Source: Eledone cirrhosa
Taxonomy: Eukaryota
DNA: 64,000 nt
Direction of reading: 5' to 3'
NCBI GenBank assembly: GCA_964016885.1
Contig: OZ024745.1
Span: forward strand, 68,386,001-68,450,000
Part shown: in pieces, positions 55,466 through 64,000 of the stretch
Layout of the letters: the number at the start of each line of letters is the position of its first letter
Position numbering within the stretch: the stretch's first letter is position 1
Made by a program: the position numbers and the translations under genes
Notes under the pieces: model-generated
What the model was told of the DNA's origin: nothing
Databases searched by the model: none
What the model saw: only the letters and a program-made list of their open reading frames with translations

Positions 55466-56180
55466 CTAGCCGAATTACCCACGCTTTGCTGCGTTTCATA
55501 CATTTCTTTTGTAAGAAAATGATTAATTTTAAATCAGTGATATAATTCATGGAGAAAAACTCTGCATTTCAATATTACTCAATGTAAAATGTATTGCATG
55601 AAAAATTGGAAAACATTATTATCAAATTAAAATTACATTATTAGATTAACTATTAACTACATGGTTTGCCAGACTCAAGTTAAAATAATAAATCAAGAAA
55701 AACTTTGAGCTATTTAATTGTAAGAGACTATTTTGAGTTTCTAACTCAATTTATAGCTTTGATATAGTCGGCTCCATCAATTTTGTAGAGCTAATTTAAA
55801 TGTCCTGTAAACTTGACTGCTATTTTTAGTAGCGTATGTTTATGTGACTGGCTAGGTTCTGATGCCATGTGCCTTATTTTATACTCGCACACTATTCAGT
55901 CTTCTGAGATACTTAGAAGTGCAGGGATTACTAATTTTACACCCACTGATGAGCAAAGAATTGGTAATTTCCTTCGCTAAAATTGCGAAACAGCCACCAA
56001 AGCTGTCTGGGTGTTCCGGCAGTTGCCTTATATAGGTTTGTTTTTCTTTTTCTTGATTTATTATTTTAAATTGAGTCTGGCAAACCATATAGTTAATAGT
56101 TAGTATTTTTTTCACCCTAGCGAACTTGGTCCCTTACGATTTGAATACATGTATGTTTATATCTGTGTTTATCTCTCTTT
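55466..56180 (-). mobile_element. Probable non-autonomous Helitron with internal inverted repeat
   Basis: Minus-strand 3' end CGCAGCAAAGCGTGGGTAATTCGG-CTAG|T at 55466. A ~50-bp inverted pair at 55652-55702 / 56047-56100. The far end is uncertain. Confidence 0.5.
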
Positions 56181-57208
56181 TATATTTAATTATATATATA
56201 TACACACACCATGTGTGAATGTGCATGTGGGCTACTTTTTATTGCACCACAAAAAATGGTCCTTGGTACTACATAAATACACACAAAAGGTTTCTGAAGT
56301 AGTGCTTAACGTGAGCGAAGTCTAAATTAAAACGTGTATCCTATTCTACCACCTTAAAAAAAAAAAAGGATTTTAACGACATGCACATTAGGAATAATAT
56401 TTCAGTACTGCATATAATTTAACCGATGCAGAAGTGTAGGCCAAACTTACATTTAATGAAAACATGCTATATAAGTGCTTTTCCAGTAATACAACTTCAG
56501 TTAATTATTGGTTACTAGCCTTAATCTAATAAATCCCTTACATCGTATCAGAGAATAAAAGGATGTTAGATAAAGAAGTTGGCTCTCCAGTGTCACTTCA
56601 GTTTAGACTCAATTTATATAAATATCTATTACAATATGAAACCATCAGCATTGCTTATGTCGTTCTGTGCTCGCATGCATTGAAAGCTTTTCGGCTGATT
56701 GATCTAATGTATTGTATTTAAAGCTATGTATCTCACCACCACGCTCTCCTTTCGTTCATCTGCTCTGTTTCTTTGCTAATTTAATGCACTTAGTAGCATA
56801 GTGTGTTGTTAGGATTATATCCAATTCATTGAGTATTTATGATTTCCCAGGCAAAAATAATGTCATATTTAAATTATCCAAACACTAGCCAAGATAATTT
56901 CTCTTCGTCAGTAGATCAAAGACTTTGAAACATCTGTTCATTGAATGTCTACAGCTAAGTAATCGAGCACAATATTTTCTTTGCTGAATGGTTAACTTTC
57001 AGTTAGATATGATAACGAAAAGCTGCCTCTTTAAAAATATCTATCTTTGATATAGATACATTAGCATCTTATTTTAAGAACATATTTTATTAACATGTGG
57101 CTGGAAATATGAAATTACTTTTTCTATAGATTAATATTTAACTAGTATGAAGCAATATGCTACTATGTTTAGGGTGTGTTTGTATATATATATAGTGTTA
57201 AAGTGTGT

Positions 57209-57251
<43 letters not shown>

Positions 57252-57512
57252 CATTAACACTTATTTTATAGTACATACAACACACAATGGTTTCAGCTAC
57301 GTATATTCTCATTCAGTGCTTACATGTTTGATGTAGAACTATAACAAGTATTTCGAGATAGTACCTATAACATAATGATATTTACAAATAAAATATATAT
57401 TATTTAAATGAAATAAAAAAAGTAAGAAGATAATTAAACAACAAAGGAAAAGGAGAGAGAGAGAGAGAGAGAGGGAAAGGGACAAGCTTTACACCCCTGT
57501 CTCAGCGGTGAT

Positions 57513-57704
57513 TCAACCCATGCCTTGCAGATAGAATGGTGAAGGCATTGCTACAGTGTCCAGCGACACCCACCGCAACAGCCAAACTGTCTCATGGGAC
57601 TCTTTCCTTAGGTGGGCTTCTGTCTTTCAGATTTTGCGGAGTAAATCGACAGTGCGAGGGTCAAGGACACCAGAGGTCTCTCCGGCAACCGATACAAAAA
57701 GGAA
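57513..57704 (-). pseudogene. CRE-like non-LTR retrotransposon restriction-like endonuclease C-terminal remnant
   Basis: FLFVSVAGETSGVLDPRTVDLLRKI*...ESHETVWLLRWVSL / SNAFTIL matches the RLE motif F.P.A.ET.G..GP....L.......ET..L.QR.S.A...GNA..IL. Confidence 0.7.
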
Positions 57705-58154
57705 GCAGCAGAGATGTTTATTCTGTTGAAAATTATTTATAAATAAATGTCGTCGTCTATTTATAGACTTTATTTTCAATGAACTAAAACATTTCACTTT
57801 TCATTCATTGGCAAAATATATTTTTGAGTCAAAGCAGTTCCGACGAGGGTTCTCGTCTTTCAAACGACAGAACAGCCTGCTTGTGAAATTAACGTGTAAA
57901 AATCTGAACACTCAATAAACAGGTACATCCTTAACCTAAAATCTCTGGGAGACTCAGCAGGACACAAGGCGTGTCAGAGGTTTTCTTATAAATCACAGGT
58001 ACAACACATTTCTTTTCAGATGAATAGACTTGAGAAGCGGTCAATAAATTACAATGCTCAGTGACTCAATCCACCACCTTGAATCGAATACACAACCTTA
58101 CGATCGCGCTTTAAACACTCTAACAACAACGCTACACGCCTTCGCCAAAATAAA

Positions 58155-58185
<31 letters not shown>

Positions 58186-58460
58186 CAGGCACACATACAC
58201 TGACACACAGATACACACACACAGATACACGCACACAGGCGCGCACACACATGTCTGTGTTTTCCGTTAAAGACGGGAAAGATGCCATAGGTATAATAAG
58301 GTAATGAATAAATCACGTAGAGAGGATATTTAATTTCATTTTAAATTCGCGTACGTCTACAGAATTAGCAATGTTTCATACTGAAATCATTAGTCTCTCT
58401 CTTTCTCTCTCTCTGTATATATATGTATACATATTCTATCTAATGTATATATATTCTATT

Positions 58461-58479
58461 TAATTTCGCTTATAGATCT

Positions 58480-58553
<74 letters not shown>

Positions 58554-58645
58554 GGAGATCTATAAGCGAAATTTTATAGAATATGTTTTTGTTTATCTTT
58601 TTTGTACTTCCATAATTGGAGTTTTTTTCTCGATGTTAACATATA

Positions 58646-58722
<77 letters not shown>

Positions 58723-58734
58723 TATATATATATA

Positions 58735-58830
<96 letters not shown>

Positions 58831-58870
58831 AAAACGTATTCTATCTAATCTCGCTTATAGATCTCCCTAC
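58461..58870. repeat. Three copies of one short tail (two direct, one inverted) separated by (TA)n
   Basis: TCGCTTATAGATCTCCCT at ~58466 and ~58850, inverted at ~58552-58569. Confidence 0.8.
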
Positions 58871-58909
58871 CATGGTTTCGTGTATATATATATATGTGTA
58901 TATATATTA

Positions 58910-59104
58910 TGATTAACATTTCATATACTTAACATGTATTCGGGAACTTTGGTTTTGGGGTCCAGTTATCGCCACCGCTGTATAGAGGATGAGCCGTTTC
59001 AATGCTGGCCTTGGAAACGGCTACTCCACTATGCAGTGGTGGCCATCACTGGACTCTGAAACCTAATGACGCGCATACATGTTAAATGTACGAAATATTA
59101 ATTA
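58910..59104. repeat. Diverged ~90-bp-arm hairpin
   Basis: AGCCGTTTC/GAAACGGCT core with pairing continuing outward to GATTAACATTTC/GAAATATTAATT. Confidence 0.75.
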
Positions 59105-59580
59105 GGTTCTCTTGCACTAGATTGAGCATTGTTTTCTTTGGCCTCTACGGTTATGTTTTATATATATAATTTCAGATATATCAGTATAATGGAGTATATC
59201 TACGTATAATGTACACGTGTGAGTGTTCATTTATAAAACATTATCTCCATCAGCGTTGTAAAAATAAATATTTTAACGACATTTGTAGTTTTTCTAATAA
59301 AATTTATGTCTTTGATTTTCTGCTTGGCTAAAACGATCGAATTGCATAAAGAATTACCATATCAACTTTCTTGTGTGATACTAATATCAGTGCCAATATT
59401 TAGTGAATTAGAGGTAGTGCTTAAACTATTTTTTTTTCTCCATTTAACGACTGCCGTCCAGAAATTGAGAACTGTTTAGTAAATCAAAAATATCGAGATA
59501 AAAATAAAATGGTAAGTGAATGAAAGGAAGCAAGAATAAAAGCATGATAGAAAAATAAAAAAAAAGCAACAACAACCACA

Positions 59581-59715
59581 ACAACAACAATCTGATTGAA
59601 ACGAGCATTGGAGTGGAAATTATAATGGGGAGTAAAGAATTAGTGTGACAACAACAATCTGATTGAAACGAGCATTGGAGTGGAAATTATAATGGGGAGT
59701 AAAGAATTAGTGTGA
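59581..59715 (+). repeat. 67-bp perfect tandem duplication
   Basis: TCTGATTGAAACGAGC at 59591 and 59658. Confidence 0.9.
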
Positions 59716-59884
59716 TGAAATCAGCAACAAGACGCCATAATGGTTCGTTGGAAGAATGAAAATGAGTTTAAAAATCTGAAGACAGCGTACAGAGTTGATA
59801 TTGAAATTTGAAGATGAAACAACCGAAGTGAAAATATAAAAATAATTTATTTTTTTAATTAAAAACGAAATGGTTCGAATCCAA

Positions 59885-60046
<162 letters not shown>

Positions 60047-60100
60047 TATATATATATATTCTTATTAGCTTAGAACCAAGAATATATACATAATATATAT

Positions 60101-60171
60101 ACTAAAGAGCAAATCAGTTAAAATGAATTATAATCTATATATTCTTACCTTATAAATACACTCACACAGTG

Positions 60172-60243
<72 letters not shown>

Positions 60244-60320
60244 ATAAACTAAGAATATATATATATATATATAAAATAAAATATAAAATATATATAGATA
60301 TAGATATATTCTTAGTTTAT

Positions 60321-60369
<49 letters not shown>

Positions 60370-60443
60370 AATCACTGTGTGGGTGTATTTATAAGCTAAG
60401 AATGTATAGAATATAATTCATTTTAACTGATTTGCTCTTTAGT
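60101..60443. repeat. Palindrome whose arms include microsatellite
   Basis: ACTAAAGAGCAAATCAGTTAAAATGAATTAT...(TA)n(TG)nTATAAACTAAGAATAT is inverted at 60305-60443. Confidence 0.85.
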
Positions 60444-60735
60444 CGCTTGACTAGGTTGTCCTATGAGCGCTTTGAAGATATTTTCTACTATACAAACAAT
60501 ATGAAGAAATGTAGTTTTATGAAGCAGGGAGAAGCCCATTAAATGTATATTTTATCAGATATATCAAAAGTAGTTTCATGTTGCTATAATTGTCTCAAAC
60601 TTGCCATTCGATGACAAGTTCTCAATATTGATTTTAGCAGCCATATTAGTTATTGTTATTAGTTATTGTTATTTATTGAAATTTCCCGTCGCTATCTTCA
60701 TATTTCATCATTAATAATTATTGTGTATTTGTATA

Positions 60736-60793
<58 letters not shown>

Positions 60794-60878
60794 CATACAT
60801 ACATACATATATATATATATATGTATATGTATATGTATGCATGTATGAGAAAAACCACAGACCCTCCATCTCAACTCA

Positions 60879-60916
60879 CCTTTTGAAAAGCAGAAGAACT
60901 GCGAAACCGGGAAAGG
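60879..60916 (+). ncRNA. Hammerhead ribozyme, U3:A8 core variant with mutated cleavage site
   Basis: CCTT-TTGAAAA-GCAG aagaa CTGC-GAAA-CCGG-GA-AAGG then AATAAA. U16.1 is replaced by G. Confidence 0.6.
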
Positions 60917-60988
60917 AACCAAATAAATATATATATTTAAAAAAAAAATGAGACTTCAGTTGCATTTTCGAATTCATCTCTTTTTCTT

Positions 60989-61063
<75 letters not shown>

Positions 61064-61108
61064 CTATATATATATACATACATACATACATACATATATA
61101 TATATATG

Positions 61109-61140
<32 letters not shown>

Positions 61141-61165
61141 TGTTTGTATGTATGTATGAATGTAA

Positions 61166-61354
61166 GGCGGTGGATTGGCAGTATCGGTAGAGGGTCGGAC
61201 GCCATACTTTGAGGCATAGAGTTGCGGTCCTTGCCATTCTGAGTTCGAATCCCGCCGAGCTTAACTTTGCCTTTCATCCTTACGGGGTCGATAAAATAAA
61301 TACCAGTAATGCACTGGGTAATTGCTGGCCTTGTGCCAAACGTAGAAACAATTA
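61166..61354 (+). mobile_element. tRNA-derived SINE, family 1 (young-looking)
   Basis: A-box TGGCAGTATCGG, B-box GAGTTCGAATCCC, complete body and tail 'gtagaaacaatta'. Confidence 0.85.
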
Positions 61355-61428
61355 TTGTGTGTATTTCTGCTCATTCAGTTGTCATATATATCTATTTAGA
61401 AAATATTATCATCTAGTGTGGAGACTTG

Positions 61429-61516
<88 letters not shown>

Positions 61517-61599
61517 AATATTTCTCTCTCTCTCTCCCTCCCCGGTCTCTCTCTCTCTCTATATATATATGTATGTATTTATGTATTTATATATATACA

Positions 61600-61662
<63 letters not shown>

Positions 61663-61691
61663 GTATGCATGTATGTATGTATGTATATATA

Positions 61692-62062
61692 TAGGAGAAG
61701 GAAAACTCTGATATAACACCTGCAACCCTGATGGTATACAATGATGTTGACTTGTTCTTCTTTTTGGTAAATATCATCTTGGTTAGGAGAGTGGGACTGG
61801 CTTTGTGCAGTGCCTTTGCTCACTATAAAAGCTTCACGGCACAGGCATTGCTTTATATCTGGAGATCTCTCTGCACTTGTCGTCACATGGTACCAAGGGC
61901 AAAGCACTATGTGTCAATAATTGTCACAAGTGTAGTGTTTGTGCCAGAGTTTTCAAGTCGCTGGCTGGACTAAAAAGTTACACTCGTTGAGCGCATCGGT
62001 AGGGGTTCTCCTATATGGATATAAAGTAGTGGCCGTACTCGAAAACGAGTTGGCAGCCACCA
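61692..62062 (+). mobile_element. Non-autonomous RTE derivative (copy of 8398-8851)
   Basis: Highly similar to 8496-8851; the finger reads CHKCSVCARVFKSLAGLKSYTR*. Confidence 0.75.
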
Positions 62063-63515
62063 TGTGTGTGTGTATGTATATATATATATATCTTGCGGTT
62101 TCATCGATATGTATGCCTTGCATTCTTTACCAGGATATTCACCTTTGTCATTTTCTATTGTGGAAGACAACATTATAGGTTACGAATTTGATAGAAGTTG
62201 TTTGTTGAATTTTAAATATCATATGTTTTTATAATTTAATTAACAAAATATTTATCTGCTTGTAACATTAATCTATAATTGATATTTTTTATGATGGAAA
62301 AGAATAGCGATGAAATAGACTTTTACATCCTGACTTGCTATAACAGCTTGTCTTATTAAAGAATATATAAACCACCAATATTCTTTTCATAGTGATGTTT
62401 TTTATTTTATCAACAAATCATCTATTGTTTATATCACTAGATACAGGCCAATTTCCACTCTCTTAAATCCCATAAGTAATCAGTTTGATCACCAGATTTT
62501 TCCTACAACCGCCTGCCTAGAGAAGTTCAAAACTACTCGATCTCATTAACGCAATAGTTTAGAGATCTAAGTCACATTCCCACGCTTGCAATTCTCAGTC
62601 ACGTCCCATTTTAAATTTTCTCCTAGCAATTCTCCCCCCCCCCCCGAACACCAAGCTTTTCAAACTACAATAATTCCCTCGTTTGAAATTGGATCAAACT
62701 TGAAGCAGAAGTACTTTTTGAACACCTGCTTCATGCTCTCCTTTTAATAAATGTCTCTCCCGAAGAAGTCTCAAAACTTCCTGAATGCACCTTGGACAAT
62801 ATAAACTATTCTTTCCAGGTTTGAAGTCCTCTCCAATTACTCAATTACTCCCTTGGCTAAACTTTTTCACTTGGGATTTGAAATTCTTTCTCTGTAAATG
62901 GAATGTCTCCTGTTTGAGAATCATCTGACATTTTAAAGTCCTGTTAGAGTCTAACGACTTACAAATGTCAGGTGCTGCCTTTGACTAAAAAATAAAAATA
63001 AAAAACATTCAAGGTGAATTATTCTAGTCATTCATCACAGTCGTTGCAAATGTCACTTTCACACATTACATTGTAATCCGAGAGAATTATAGCATGTCAT
63101 TCGACCGAATATCAATAATGACAGTACTTTTTAATGACATAGTGATGCAGCTTAATAAAACAAACATTTATATTGTTTTCTAAATATTAGCATATATATA
63201 AATATAAATATCGTATAATTCTAATAAAGACTACATTTTAAAATAAATGCAATCAAAATTACTGGCGATTAAATTATTCACTGTGCTAGTTCAAGTAATT
63301 TACATACTCTACATACTCATGTTCTTTATATTGCATATAGTGAATTGACAGATACGTTAGAACGTGAAGTAGAATACATTAGGATGTGTATTTCAGAGCT
63401 CTGCCCTCTACTTTCAAATCACTGCATCACCACTGCTGTCAGATTTACTCTTCATGATTTCAGGGTCGCCAATCTAACAGTCCAATACTGGGGTAGAGTC
63501 TACACCCTTTCTCTT

Positions 63516-63613
<98 letters not shown>

Positions 63614-64000
63614 CATACACACATACACACACACTCTCGCTCTCCCTCGAATTCTCACTCTGGATAAGGGATGAGTTCCGCCAGCTTTACAATAACCAAG
63701 ACGGCGACAATATGACCATATGACTAACAAGTGTTCAAAACCCATGGAATGAATTATACTTATCTACCGCAAACAATGTATATATAGTATATTTTAGTTC
63801 CCCGTTGTAACATTTAAACTCTATTTCAAATTAACCAACTTCATCATTAGCACAGTGAAGGCAGGTTGACTACTGCTTACCATAAGGATGTGTTTTCCAG
63901 TCCCAGATAAGATGGCGCGTTGTGTCCTTGTGTATGACACTTTATTTCACATTCAGTTTACTCATCTGAATATGAGTACCAGCGGCAGCTGGAGGTTATT

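Noticed and set aside
61166-61260. tRNA gene (A/B boxes, GTTCGAATCCC)
   Set aside because: No cloverleaf, and it continues into a multicopy SINE body. The same applies to 12434-12535.

Overview
Repeat-dominated, AT-rich eukaryotic DNA with no supportable intact host gene. Almost all ORFs in the track are translations of (TA)n/(CA)n/(TATG)n microsatellites. The tRNA-derived SINEs and microsatellite load look like a coleoid cephalopod (octopus); this is inference. Known-type content: tRNA-SINEs, RTE and CRE LINE 3' remnants, Helitrons with Rep/PIF1 fragments, mariner remnants and MITEs, a 465-bp tandem duplication, and a ~9.7-kb 70/71-bp satellite with a 3,235-bp higher-order repeat. The main observation is a set of short non-coding elements from several unrelated families. 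They sit in or beside (TA)n tracts and are built as fold-back or inverted structures. Each carries a minimal type I hammerhead ribozyme (CUGANGA...GAAA, palindromic stem III, NUH); about 18 intact or degenerate copies were found by eye. Some have Pol II factor sites upstream, a shared 3' stem-loop, circularly permuted junctions or Penelope GIY-YIG remnants, which points to Penelope-like pLTR/retrozyme derivatives. One built an ~8.6-kb palindrome (20600-29205) whose right arm later took three more ribozyme insertions. Coordinates were read by eye and element ends are approximate.
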